A DNA stretch of 64,000 bases from Rotaria socialis (Eukaryota). Below are positions 46,101 through 60,018 of this stretch, piece after piece. Position 1 is the first letter of the stretch. The number at the start of each line of letters is the position of its first letter. The notes beneath the pieces were generated by a model. It was given only the letters and a program-made list of their open reading frames with translations, ran no database searches and was not told the DNA's origin. The position numbers were made by a program, and so were the translations under genes. The stretch spans positions 62,001 through 126,000 of the forward strand of contig CAJNYD010000407.1 of assembly GCA_905331295.1 (NCBI GenBank). The letters run 5' to 3'.

Positions 46101-47083
46101 GTATTTGATATATTCGTTCAATGTGAAACGATCAAAATAGCAGAACCAATTTCTGTGTTATCATTTTTTTCGATGTTTAAATCTATCGAAAGAAAACGGT
46201 AGAATGAATGATTCATTTGTTTTCTACTTTTTTGTTCTCAAAACGAAACGATTTCGCTCTAAGCTATTGCTAAAAGCTTTGTGTGAAGTCATTTTTAATT
46301 TGGAAGAGTCGAAAAAGTGGCTATAATATTTAAGCATACAACAATTGGCTGTCTTTTGAGCACGATTGGGAGATTAGCATAATATATTTAAGCATGGAAG
46401 CTAATGAGGCAAATCAAACCTCAACGCGCAGATAAATCACAATTGTTCAAAATGAAAGTATAATCTAAGGGACTATTCTGCTGAGTGACTAGTCTTATAA
46501 GATTGATTAGAATGAGAACTTTGGTTTATGATCTTTTTCAAAAAAGAATGAAATCCACAATATAGAAAAGTATAGTGTGAGGAAAAATTACCGATTAAGT
46601 TCCATATATGATGAATGTCTATTTGACATATTATTTGATATGCTTAAATGATAACATTCTTCAATTTGTGTTCCAAAAATCAAAATCATCCAATGGAAAC
46701 ATATGCGCACGTGCATCCAGCACTTTATATCAGTCTTGTATGATATCGTAGGGATCCTATTTATAAAACACTGATTTCATTGTATAAATTCATATTCTTA
46801 TTATTTCTCAGAGATATGTGATATGATAATTGGCTCCTGTCCAATCAACTTAATAAAATGCTAGTCACTGTAACTTATTCGTATTTAATGAAGCTAACTA
46901 CATACACTTTGTAAGTAAACGCACATATTTGTTGATTAGTAATAAAGTAGAAAAAAAAATATTCAGAAAGCTCACAAAAGAACGCTTGTTAAACAGAAGG
47001 GAAATTTTAATAGTGAAGGCATATATTCCGCAACACATACCCGAAAAAAGAATATAAATCCCTACTCAGGACAATCATTCCTA

Positions 47084-47882
47084 CCATCGAAACAAGCATC
47101 TTAAAACGCCTGAAACGCCTATAAACTGGTATAACAATAAGGCATTAATTTTCATCTTATTTGGCCTTATCCGTCCGCTCATTTTAACGACCGTTTTCTA
47201 TGATATGAGTAATCGAAAGCTCATGTCGTAGAGAACGGCCCATAAACGGTCTTCAACGATCGGAAAACGGTGTGATACGGCGGGAAGCGACGGCCTCACA
47301 TTTACCCGTTTTCGTGTTGCAGGAAACTACTATCGTTGAAGACCAACGGTTTTCTGTCGTTTTACAACTCTTTTACTCTGAAATGTTAAGTAGACGCTCA
47401 GACACCACCGGAGGAAGATTCGTTCCAACTTTTGATAATTTCTATCTATTTTTTATGTTATGTCTAATTTAATTTATATTCCTCTATTTATACTATTTTA
47501 TTGTATTTATTAAATTTATATTATTTCTTAGTTATTTTATTGTACTCTTTTTTGATTGAAATAGATTTATTTCATTGTAATTAACTTTACTTTATCCTAT
47601 TTATTTTTGCTGCTTAAAATTTTAGTTCTTGTATTACATTTTTTCCATTTATTTTATATTATTTTATTTTATTTTATTTCATCTTATATTTTTTTAATTT
47701 TAATCTTAGTTATTTAATTATGTTTTATTTTGAGCAATGAAATATGAATGACGAACGTAATATTCATTTTAAATGATGGAAAACGGTCCGTAATCCGAGC
47801 TGACAGAAAATGGTGGTCTTTGCTCATCGTTTAGGAGATTGATTACGCCGTTTCAGTCAGTTTAATGCTATCTTTTAGGCGG
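47084..47882. mobile_element. Degenerate non-autonomous TIR element (putative)
   Basis: CG-richer ends around a very T-rich core (~47440-47730); the ends are imperfectly inverted (tacc...agcat..aaa....ctgaaacg) and flanked by TA; contains AAACGG/CCGTTT motifs also seen in the 49439 element. Confidence 0.4.
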
Positions 47883-48926
47883 TATGAATGATGAACCTGG
47901 TGTTGCACATTAGCCGATGATTAGTATTATTTTACTTTCTATTTAGATCGATGATATAGTAGCCAAATTTAATAACGGCTTTCATATAATCTCATAGGAA
48001 TTTTTGAAAAAATTATTCCGGTCAAGTACTAAACGAGAGTATGTATATAATGTTTCATATTCTCAGTTTTCTTTTTTTTATTAATGCAATGAGAAACACA
48101 GCTTTTCTGCAGTCAATCACTAGTTTTCTTTATTTTTTCATATACGTATGCAAGTAAACTTGAGAATACTTGAAGCCACGATTTCGAGAACGGAAATTCA
48201 GAAAATATTCTCTTAAAGGAGAGATGAACGTATCGAGATCAAATCGGTAACACTCATTTTAGATTTAAAAGAAAATTCTGTTGTTTTACAAACAACGTTT
48301 CAAAAACACGAATTTACCAGCATTTCTATTGTTTTATGTTTCGTGATAATTAAAATGGCGGCATCAACATATGTTAGTCATTAGTCTATTCGCTTGTAAC
48401 TGATCTAAGATAATGAATCATAGAGATAATTAATCGTTCAATCGATATCGTTTTCTATGAACATGTTGATCAGCTTGAATAGAGTTTTCACTATCATGAA
48501 TTTCACTGTGACCACCTAGGGAGTTCAATAATTCAAAAGAAACTTCTCTTTTCTAAACTCTTGAATCGAATAAGAGAAGTAAATCTACAAGACTATGAAA
48601 ATCACGTGTGGCATACTACTTTCTATTGAATTAACGCATCGATTATTCGTTTTTCGTTCTATTTTTGATTTCATCACAGATTCGAGTAAAGATTCGATAC
48701 CACCTAGTGTAATTCGTTGATATAAATGTAAGGCGAAATAAAAAATATTAGAAAATCTTGACTAGATGAAGGGTTCCAATTAATTGTGAAGACAATCATT
48801 CATTTTTAATCCTAAAATATTATCTTCGCATGGCGTTTGTATATAGGTGAAACTCCAATATCATTCAGTTATCTCTATGATTTATTATCTATCAATAAAG
48901 CAATCATTGAGAAATTCATCATCACG

Positions 48927-48930
<4 letters not shown>

Positions 48931-48959
<29 letters not shown>
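48931..48959. repeat. (CT)n microsatellite
   Basis: About 14 perfect CT units. Confidence 0.9.
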
Positions 48960-48962
<3 letters not shown>

Positions 48963-49438
48963 GTGTATCAACATGTTTACTGAGATAGCTATCGATTGAA
49001 CGGTTAATTATTTTCATGATTCATTATCTTGGATCAGTTGTAAACAAATAGACTAATGGCTAACATATGTTGATGGCATCATTTTAATGATCAGAAAAGA
49101 AAAAAAACAGCATAAATGCTTGTAAATTCCTGCTTTTGGAAAAATATTGATAAGGGCACTGAATGCACTACAGACGATTCGAAAACAAATGGTGAGTAGT
49201 TCGATCTCGAAACTCCCCTATCACATTTGAATGAGTAATTTCGAATCTTTCGTTTCCGAGATTATTGAGCTACAAAATGACGAATTTAATGTGTATCTCG
49301 AGAAATTGTATAAACTATTGGTACTTTTAACTAGCAAATATTCTATGTCAATCACGATTGCTATTCAACAATTAATAGAAGCAGCAATATTCGAAGAAGA
49401 ATAATTGAAATTCTATTGCAAAAGAGTGTTTGATCTTA

Positions 49439-49667
49439 CCCAGGTCGAGTATTACACAGTGATCAGAAACGGCCGAAAATGCTAACGTATACTATTTTTT
49501 ATTGCCGTTTCCGACCGTAAATCGCCGTAAGTTAACATTTTGGCATGCACCATATTACGGTCGTATTTTGTCGTGCCGTAAACGGCTAAACACGGCCATA
49601 ATACGATCACAAAAATTGAGTATCCGACTGATTACGATCGTTTACGACCGTTTATATTTCACCTGGG
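49439..49667. mobile_element. MITE-like element with short TIR and TA target duplication
   Basis: ta|CCCAGGT ... ACCTGGG|ta; CG-rich interior with repeated AAACGG/CCGTAA/TTACG motifs; 229 bp. Confidence 0.7.
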
Positions 49668-49942
49668 TATTAATGATCTCACGTTAAATTCAACAATGAA
49701 CACTATCGGAAATAGTGTAGGACGAAGAATTTTCAATCCGTGCGCTAAGAAACGCTGAATTTGGATTGGTTTTGTTGTTATACAACATTTTTTTAAATAA
49801 AAGAATCGTTTTGTTGTGCAACGTTTTCTGAATGTGTCATCATCTAGTTGTAGATCTCACAGAAACTATACTTATAAGAAGAAAGATTTATTATCAATAT
49901 AGCGTAAAGTCAGATTTGAGTATTATACTTTTTATGAAAGTA

Positions 49943-50159
49943 CCCATGTCACGAAAATCGGCNNNNNNNNNATTTTGCCGATTTTTATAGAATCCGTGAA
50001 TAAAGCGCGATTTTTCTGCTGCATTTCTATGGTAATTCTAGCGCACAATTAATCGGCGATTTTTTTGGCTTGTTACCATAGAAATGCAGCAGAAAAATCG
50101 CGATTTATTCACCGATTCTATAGAAATCGGCAAAATCACGCCGATTTTCGCGACATGGG
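49943..50159. mobile_element. Fold-back MITE with ~90 bp terminal inverted repeats and TA target duplication
   Basis: ta|CCCATGTCACGAAAATCGGC...TTTCTATGGTAA, ~35 nt spacer, TTACCATAGAAA...GCCGATTTTCGCGACATGGG|ta; near-perfect arms; a 9-N gap lies in the left arm. Confidence 0.9.
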
Positions 50160-53100
50160 TAATCCTTGCCAATCGCAAAAATACTACAGGGGAAGGTTGA
50201 CTTGCGAAAATCTGGAATATATGTCTTCAAAGAAATGAATCCTTCATAAATCGGTATTGGTGTCCGTATTCTGAAAATATTTGAAAGTAGATTATATCCT
50301 GTACACTTGAAGCATATGTATAAGAAAAGCAACTAGACAACTATCTTGTTTGTAATAAATTTCGCACACAACCGCCAAACAAAAGCTTAGGTCTTCAGCA
50401 AAGTATCTCATAGCAAGGACTGTGCTTCAACAATATTCATGATATTATCACCTTTTTAATGTTAACAGAAATTAGTTTGTTGGCTGAAAAAAATCATAAA
50501 GCATCAAGAGAGTTCCAAATTCACAAATTTTATTAGTTATGCGTGAAGAAACGATCAAAGTAATTCTGTTCGCAGAAGGTAAAAAGAAAGTACACAGAAA
50601 AGACTTCATGTGCAAAATTGTTTTTTTCGTATAAATTAAAAGATAGATGATCGTTGAAAGTATTGTTCTATATACTTGCAGTCGGTTTGGTTCTCTGTTT
50701 ACTAAAATATCATTGACCACATATGGTGTTCTTTTGTTTTTAATTAATAATCAATTCTCATTCTAACTTGCAACTACAGTTGCGGCTACATACAAAATGT
50801 TAGATAGGAATCAAAAAAATTGACTGCAGAACAATCTTGCTCGTATGCATGAATTTCATTTGTATACAAAATGAATTAAAAAAGAATTATTAAATTTATC
50901 TCAAAGAAGTGTATGAAAAAATCGTCTTATTGAATGAAAAAAGTAAAGAATCTACTTCTTTCAAAATTTAATTTTCATACTGGTTTTCTATTATTTTCTG
51001 CTAGTTTTATGTCAATTTTAATATCATATTTTTTCAATTGTTTTTTCAGACATTTTCATTCAAATATCTATTTATTCGACAACAAAATACTTTTCGATTA
51101 CAGATAATAGACTTTATCTACAAGAAACAATTGTGTAAATTCCATTCAAGATACAAGATTCGTTAAACGATTTTCAAAAGATAATGGTTTTGAATTTATT
51201 AAACAAGATAAGAATCGAAATGATCTCGTTGTACCTTATCAATCAATTCTTGGTAGCTGGTTTTAAAACACTTAAAGTAACAGAAGAATGAGTTTGATTT
51301 TCGCTAATTAACGATGTTCTTTGAGGACGGTCGACCAGTTGAATTAAATTATTTATGATTTGGTTTTGCTCCTCGAACATAGAATGAAAGTGATCTATTT
51401 TTTCATGTAAGATCACAAAAAGATAGCCCTTAAAAATTACGAATTGATCAAAAGTTTCGATTTTCAATACAGCAAAAGGGAAAAGCATGATTTTTTTCTA
51501 TCATTTAAATTTATGTTTCATACGAATTGTTCTTTTCTAGAGTGAGGAAGCATACAATGTATAATTAATTAAAGACAAAGTGCACTAAAAGAATTCTTGA
51601 TGAAGAAATCTAATATTCGGAAGAAAATAAAAATCAATGATTTCCTTCATTATGCGAAATATTGAATTATGCGCAAGAATGATCAGATTGTATTTATTAA
51701 ATCAACGAATATTTATTTCAAGTTTATTGAAAGTTATTTTTGTATTTCAAATGAATTAAATAAGTGTTCGGTAAGCTCCTAATGGTTCAATATTATTAAC
51801 AGACATTTTCATCAAAACGTTTTTCTGATCGACATCCCACATCCACATCTTAATGACAAACTAATGATGTACTTTTTAATTCTTCATATATCGATTCAGG
51901 GCTATTAACAAGTGCAGCAATCATAATTAATTTTACATTTTTTCATTTTCGTATAGCTCAGTGAAGCCGAGTTATTTCGACTCTGAAAATTTGATTTCAA
52001 GCAGCATATACAGGAGCTATAAAAATTAGTTATGCTGATTTTATTTCAATATTATTTCATAATGCTGTATGGCATAATGAATCCACACGGTGAACTTTAT
52101 AGAGAGGAATGACGACACTACCATTAACTAAAATCTACATGCATATTTTGTTTACTAGGCTACGATTAATTGAATTCAAAATGATAGTTTTCGCGTATTT
52201 ATCGATTTTCAATATTGAAATCAAATATCTACGAAATGAACGAACGTGACAAGTCTAATTCAAATAAAGATCCTTTTAGAAATACGAACAAAATTTTATC
52301 TGCTGAAAAGAAATAGTTAGTGTGAATGAATTAATATATTCATTCATTCAACTAGTATTCCAAAGTTAGAAGATTCTTAAATGAATATTCCCAAATAAAA
52401 TGATCTCTTCATACGCAATATATATATAATAGTCCTTTTATTTTACTTCATAAATATAACACTCGTAATTGGTTATATGATATACTCCACAGTTTCAATG
52501 TTCAAAACGAATTAATACTCTGCTAATCTTGAACCAACACTACCTAAACAATTGCATGATATTAATGAACACGCAAAGCGTCTTAATCTGCTCTGTTTTC
52601 ACGACCAAAAAGATTGAGGACATTCAGTTTTCACAATGTTTGAAAAAGAACTTTGAGTGTTGAACATGATGAAATGCTCTCTTTGGTAGTTTCGGTAATG
52701 TACTATGTTCAAGTTTTCATGATAATGAAAATAAATTGTATTGAAAAAAAAGCAGAACAAGGCCACAACAGCGAAGTATATATTGTAAAATTGCATAAAC
52801 TTGCTCTTGCTCCATAATCAATTACTTCTTTTGAATGCATCAAACGGAATCTGATATTATATTAGTCAAAGCTAAGTTCATCAATCATTGTTATCAAAGT
52901 AATAGAACTCGCGTATGAGTAAGACATCAAAGAGATCAAAATCACAACATAGTCCATGCCTACCAATCAACGACCTCTATCAAATGAAGAATTGTTGAAG
53001 ATGAAAATGATATCTTTTTAAACCAATCATAATCGTTGAATACAAGGCTAGAATGATTATTCAATCTCTATTCATGACATTTTGTTCAAATTACTTCCTT

Positions 53101-53167
53101 AAACAGTGAATGTTGATATGTGGTCGAGCAAGCTAAATTGATGGTCGATCGCTAGAACAATTTAGAA

Positions 53168-56100
53168 ATGTTTCTCATGTTTTTATTTACTTTATCTATC
53201 TGTTCCTATATACCGGTGGTCAAAACATTCAATCTTGATATAATTTCTCCAACTCTACGAACAGGTCCTCCAAAATCTCTTTTTGGTTTTGCTGTGGTAT
53301 CATCTTCAACTAAACAACATTGGTAAAATTTTATACCAGTACCATCATTCTTAATTATCAATCATATTTTTATAGGACTTATGTTGGTGCACCTCGAGCA
53401 TTACTTACTCGACAACCACCATCTTCCGTAGTAGCATTGAACAGTACTGAAATTATACCAAATGGTCGTATATTTGGTAATATATTTGAATGTCCAAATG
53501 GTACAGATGAATGCCGACCGATTCTTATTGAGAGTAAAATTTATTTGAGATTTTGCTATTTAAACTTAATTTCAATATGTTTCATTTCTAGAACAATTAT
53601 CCGAAGCGATGCCGTCATTTCATAATGTACTCGATGATGCTTGGCTTGGTTCATCACTTATAGCGACGTCCGATGATTCACTTGTTGTACGTGTTAAAAC
53701 TGATTTTCAGAAAAACAAATATTAATAACATTAAAATTTTGTTTCTTTTTTAGACATGTGGTTATCGCTTAATGCGCAATATTAGTATAGATCGATATGA
53801 TACACGCGGTGCTTGCTATAAAGTTTCATCTGATCAAGTAAATAACTAGAGTCATACAATGAATATCTGTGTTGATTGTTTCTATTTTTTAAATTTTTAG
53901 CAAGATGTGTCTTATTATGATTTTTGTGAACAAAATTCTGAAACCGAATTATTACATGAAGGTAGTGCTCTATGTCAAAGTGGCCTTAGTTTAGCATATA
54001 TACCATCGGGCGGAGTAAGATATTTATTTTAAATTAAATCTAGAAAAATCTAAAATTTATGTTTAATTAAAGCGATCAGATATAATTGCATTTGGTGAAC
54101 CGGGTGCCTTCCAATGGTCTGGTCGAATTGAAGCTGATTATTCTGATACTCTTTTACGACAATTGCATGCATACAAATCAGCTTCTTCAACACCATTACC
54201 ATATAGTTATCTAGGTATATAAAAGTCAAAAATATTCATCGAATAATGCAAAACAAAATACTTTTTGCTTTTATCTAATAGGTTATTCAGTACTAATTAT
54301 CAAAAGTAAAACTCGAGATTTCAATGATAGATCATATATATTTGTTGCATCAGCACCACGAGCATCAAATGGTCTAGGAGAAATTCGTTTTTATACCAAA
54401 CGTTTTGTATCAACAAATAATTTTGGTTATGATACGCTACAATTAATATTTCAACTCAATAATACTAATCATTCCATACCATTTATTCTAACTGGAGAAC
54501 AGATAGGAAGTTATTTTGGACATTCAATGACAGCTGGAGATCTAAATGGTGATGGCTATACAGATCTTGTTGTAAGTGCACCATTCTACTATTCGAAAAA
54601 GCCGTCATATGGTGGTGCTGTTTATATTTATTATGGATTAAATGGAAAGGTACGTAACAAAAAAACAAATCATTTTTAAAACATCAATTCATTTCGTTTC
54701 CCCTCTAGTATTCCAATGATCGACGTCAGGTATTATTTGAGCCACCGATCCATTCGCGTTTTGGTTTTGCTATTGCTTGTATACCTGATCTAAATAAAGA
54801 TGGAATCGATGGTAAGTCTAAAAAAACAAATCAAATTTTTTCGATTTTTATGCCATAAAAATTGCAAAAATTATTTTTAGATTTAGCAATATCGGCACCA
54901 GGAGAAAAAGATGATATACACACAGGTAGTGTCTACATTTATCTTGGCTCTAGAACAAGTCAATTAACAAAGTATACGCAAAAAATTGTACCAACTCAAT
55001 TATTAATTAATTCGAAACAAACAACAATTATAAACGATTTTGGATTTTCACTAGCTACACAATCACCATTTAAGTCTTCCATATTGTCATCATCTATAGT
55101 GTCATCGAATTCAACAATTCTAATCTACTATCCATCCTTAATTATTGGTATACCTAAAGCAGATATGATTGTTTATTTAAAGTAATTTTTTTTCTCACGT
55201 TATTTTAAATAAAAGAACATATCCATATTTTATATCTCTGAATTTATAGATCGCATCCATTAGTAAATGTTAATGTACGTATTGAAAATATGAAAGAATT
55301 ACAATCAATTCGTTATAGCGCAGAAAATCGTCGATGTAAAACAATAGACGGAACACCTGTCGTTTGGTAAATACAATCCTTTTTTTGTTTTAAATATTTT
55401 ATCGATTTCCTTTCATAGTTTTGACGTGCGATTATGTTTTGAATCAAATGATAAATTAGCACAAAATTTAATTATTATTTATACATTAACAGCTGATGCT
55501 TTATCAACAATTCGAAGAATTTTATCAACTGTCAATCATTTACCTACAATAACAAATAAACAAATTTTAAATACATGTGAAAATCAAACATTCATTACTA
55601 AGGTTTGCTTTGATCGATTTTTATTTTATTTTAATCGAATTCGAGATAGCTCAATTGAAATTCATCATCGATTGTATATTCGCAAAATTTCAAATATTTG
55701 GATGTAGCTAACATTTTCGATAGGTACATAATCGCATATGAATATGATACAGTCATCGTAATTCATAAATATAGATATATGTCGATTGTCTTTCTTATCC
55801 CATTTAAATAAATATAATCAATCGTTAACAATGAATAAATCTTATTATAAAAATCTAATTTAATATTACAAAAAAAGTCAAGCGGTATTCTGATTTGTCC
55901 TATTCATGCATTATTCTCAAGAGATGAAGTGTCTTGATTCATCTGTTGCCTTTTCTTTTTGCTCTTCTATGACATAATTCAATAAAATAATTCTTCAGAA
56001 AACAGAAACAATGGCATGTACTATTTCCTTGAACAGTTAACTGAGCACTTTGTTTTATTCTTCTCTAATTGATTTTTACAGTATGATTACGAATAGAAAT

Positions 56101-59100
56101 TTGATATCTCATTGAGAAATATTCAAGGACATGAACTATTTTAAGGATATAGATACTTAATTAGAAGTTGTAATATGAAACGATAGAAACATTAAAAAGA
56201 ACTCGATCACCTCCGTTTTTTTCCTTCTAATTTTAGAGTGGCAATGATGATTTTTTAACTCCAATTCATTTTTCACTTGTTTACAATATATCTCAAGATA
56301 GAAATGATCTTCGAGGCAAACCATTTATTCTCGAAGGAAATATTCCCATGATTAATGCAACTGACGAAGAACGAACAAAAAAATTTCAAGTAATAAATAT
56401 TTTATATTTGCATAACAGAAAAAAAAACATACTGAACCATTATGATAATTTTTAGGCAAATTTTTATAAGGGATGTGGAAATGACGATAAATGCATAACT
56501 GATCTTCAATTAACAGCTGAATTTATCAATGGGCAAAAGTAAGAATTAGCATTATTTTTCTTTTTAAAACAAAAATAATTGTTATTGATTAATCTATATT
56601 CATTTATCAAGCAAATTCCTCTTCAATGATTCGTAAGATTTCACGCCTACAGCTTTTAACACACAAAACTATTTAAATAGGATTTCCTTTTTCTTTTCTA
56701 ATTGAATTTTCTTTTTACATTTAGAACATTAAACCTTTCGGTACTTGGCATTGATTCTGAAATCCGTATACGTCTGAATTTATCAAATGTACCATCAGAG
56801 CCAAGTCGTCGTAAGGCTGATCCAGCATTTGGAACGAAAATCGATGTTTATTTCCCAACATCATTTGTTCAATTTTCACAAGCAATTATGGTTAATAAGA
56901 AAAGTTATTTTTTATTTTAATTTAATGTTTTTTCTTCTTCCCATAAAAGGATGATAAAAGTTATTCATGTCAACCAATACATCGTAATCATGTTCGTTGT
57001 AAAATGACAGATTTTTTTAATAATCCATTTCCGCCAGAAAAATATTCTATAACAGAACTTGTATTTACGTTATCCAATGTATCATTAAGTAATATTTTAC
57101 GCTTTGAATTTAATTCAACAACATTAACTGATGAAACAAATTTGGACAATAATAATGTTACTCTCGTAGCAAAAGTTTTATTAAAAACTGATTTAAATCT
57201 ACGTGCTGGGCATGAACCTGAACAAGTTTCAGTTAGTGGTGAAGGAATTCTTGGCTTGAGTTCACTTAAAAATCTTGATCAATTCGGAATGGAAGTTACG
57301 CATATTTACACAGTAAGATATGAAGAAATAGATATTCAAAGATATTTTGATTTGAAAAATTGCAAAGACCATTTAAATTTTTCATTAACTACCTGATGAA
57401 TGTTACAAGCTACTTAGATTCAAAATAGATGTATGATAGGTCGCTAATTGAAAATTTTCGACAAAAAAATTAAGACATAAAATCTGAGGTGGTTTATTTT
57501 CAGTGTAAAGAAACAAGTTCCAATAATGATATCGTGTTCAGCCTGTCAGTGTTATCCTTTTTCTTTTATCAAAGCAAATTATTCATATTTTATCTGTTGT
57601 AGTAGAAACAAATAGTTCAAGACATAATGACCGTCGTATATCATACGTTATCATAGTTGGAGTACATGAAAGAGAATTTGCTAAGGTTAATGAACAAAAC
57701 GAAGGAGAATATCTTAATATTCAATGATATAAAATATATATTATCTAATGAATTCTATTCATCAGAAATGTAATTCAAGAACGATAGTCCCACAAAAGTG
57801 TTAGTCATAGGCTACATAAATTTAAAAAAAATGAAGATTGAAGACTATTTTTTAAAATATGTGACACATTGAATTGAGTCAAGAAAATATCTATTCACAA
57901 GTAACAGACGAATATTAAATTTTATTTTCATCATTCAGATAATTAATAGTGGCCCCAACAATGTTCGCTCACATAATGTAACTATACTATGGCCCTACGA
58001 AACGTTAGAGAATGAATGGGAAAATGGAAAAATTTTATTATATCTTGTTGAAGAGCCCATTATTGAAATTTCATCAACACTAACTAGTACAGGTACTAAA
58101 ATCGATGGTCAATGTGAACGATTACCTAAATGGCGTGATCATATTCACATACTTGATTCACTTAATCGAACGTCGTCTAATACTCGACAACGTCGTGATG
58201 AACAAAATGTTGAGGGCACTAGTGATTCTAAAATATCAGCAGCAGTAACAACAATAACACCAACAACATCATCATTCTCGATACGTTCACTAACATTAAC
58301 ATGCGATCCGAATTCTCCAACTGTTCGTTGCTATCCAATATATTGCCATATTAATGGTCTTTCAGCACAAAGCTATTATTTTATAAAGCTTCGTGCTCGA
58401 TTATGGAATAGTACTTTGATTGAAAACTATTTTGACGGATATGATCGCGTTGATATACAATCATTTGCATCAATACATATCAATGATCTACTGATATTTC
58501 AAACATCAACAGATAATGATAATGCGACAGTAAGTAATAATCTTCTTATTTTTTTGCAAACGAAACGAAATGAATTAAACGTTTATTTTCTTTATTTTTA
58601 AGGCTACAACACCTGCAGAATTTGCAAATCGATCAGATAAAATAATTGTACCACGTTTACCTCTTTGGGTTCCATTAGTTGGAGCAATGGCTGGTCTTAT
58701 CCTTCTTGTTTTCATAGTTATTGTTTGTTGTTTGGTATGTTATATACTAGTGGAGAACTTTTTTTCTATTAGAAAAAACGAAAAAAGAATTAAACGAGAA
58801 ACATTAGACATCATTCATCTTCTCTTGCCTAGGTCGGTTTTTTTCAACGTGTTCGACCACCATCATCTCTTCTTCTTCTTTAAATAGTTATCCTCTGATC
58901 TTTTATAGCCGGTATAATTGCTCGTTGTGTTTGTCTTTTTTTTGTGTTTATCTGATTATTCGACATCTGCTTATTTTTTATTTTTATTTATTTTTTTGAA
59001 ATTTCCCTTTTAGCTGGGTTTTTTTCAACGAACAAAAGCACTGCCATTGAAAAAAAAATCGACAGCACTTACACTTGATGGTACAACAACAAATAGTTCA

Positions 59101-59439
59101 AGTGATGAACATCAACGAATACTTCTTCGGCAAGCATATCGTCAACCCATACTAATTCCATCGTCGACAACAAATTCATTTAATAATGAAAACTATCATT
59201 CACAACAAGCAACAACACCATTAATACATTCAATACCTGAAGTGCCATCGGCCGATAATCATGATCAAGATATTGATGAAGATGAAGAAGATGATGAATT
59301 AATACAAAATAATCTTGGTAATCAATCTGATATTGACGAAGAAGCACGTTTTCCAGTTGAAGATGATGATGACGAATATTCATCGAAAATGAATGAGCGC
59401 TTAGTAGATACAGAATCAATCAATCATTCAATGAAATGA
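53168..59439 (+). CDS. Integrin alpha subunit
   Basis: Signal peptide followed by FNLD, LFGFAV, FG-GAP/Ca-binding motifs (YFGHSMTAGDLNGDGYTDLVVSAP; DLNKDGIDDLAISAP), CGNDDKCITDL, RQRR cleavage site (~58185), RARLWNSTL, TM exon 58603-58734, GFFQR cytoplasmic motif. Many short introns. Confidence 0.95.
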
Positions 59440-60018
59440 AACTTTTCTTTTATAACAGTGCATGATTCCTTTTCTCTTTCTTTTGTAAATCACCTATTCA
59501 CGCATAGTTTCTTCCGTTTCTTTTTATTTTTAAATTTAGTAGTCAGATAGACTTTTAATTGAATGTATTTTTCACAATTTTTATTGGCAATACGAATGGT
59601 GGTTTTTGCTAGAGAGAATGATGCTTCCTTTCCTTTTCTTTCCTGACAATCGTCTATATAGCATTTACATATTAAATTAATCTCAGTTTTTTGTCCGGTT
59701 TTGTGTCGACGTATTCGTAATGCTCAAAACGTTTTTCTTTTATTTCTTTTTTTAAATGTTACTTGTTTTGTAGTCTATTTTAAAATATCTCACCCTTCTT
59801 CACACCTATAGTCAGATGATGTTATGCTCACTAAATAAAATATGCTCACAGTTTCTATCGAATAAAAAATACAATGAAAATATTGTCAAACCATCTGTTG
59901 CAATTGCTTTTCAAAAGATATTCTTGTAGTATATATATATAGACTTGTATGCTTTTATTCTCCTTCAGATTCTTTATTTCTTAGTTTGTGGTCTTGTGTA
60001 TTAATAAGAAAAAACAAA

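Noticed and set aside
49231..50870. Short coding-like fragments around the MITEs, possibly a decayed transposase
   Set aside because: No recognisable catalytic motif and no consistent frame; cannot be supported by eye.
51953..51985. tRNA-like A-box (TAGCTCAGTG) and B-box-like TTCGACTC
   Set aside because: Boxes are too close together and no cloverleaf or acceptor stem can be formed.
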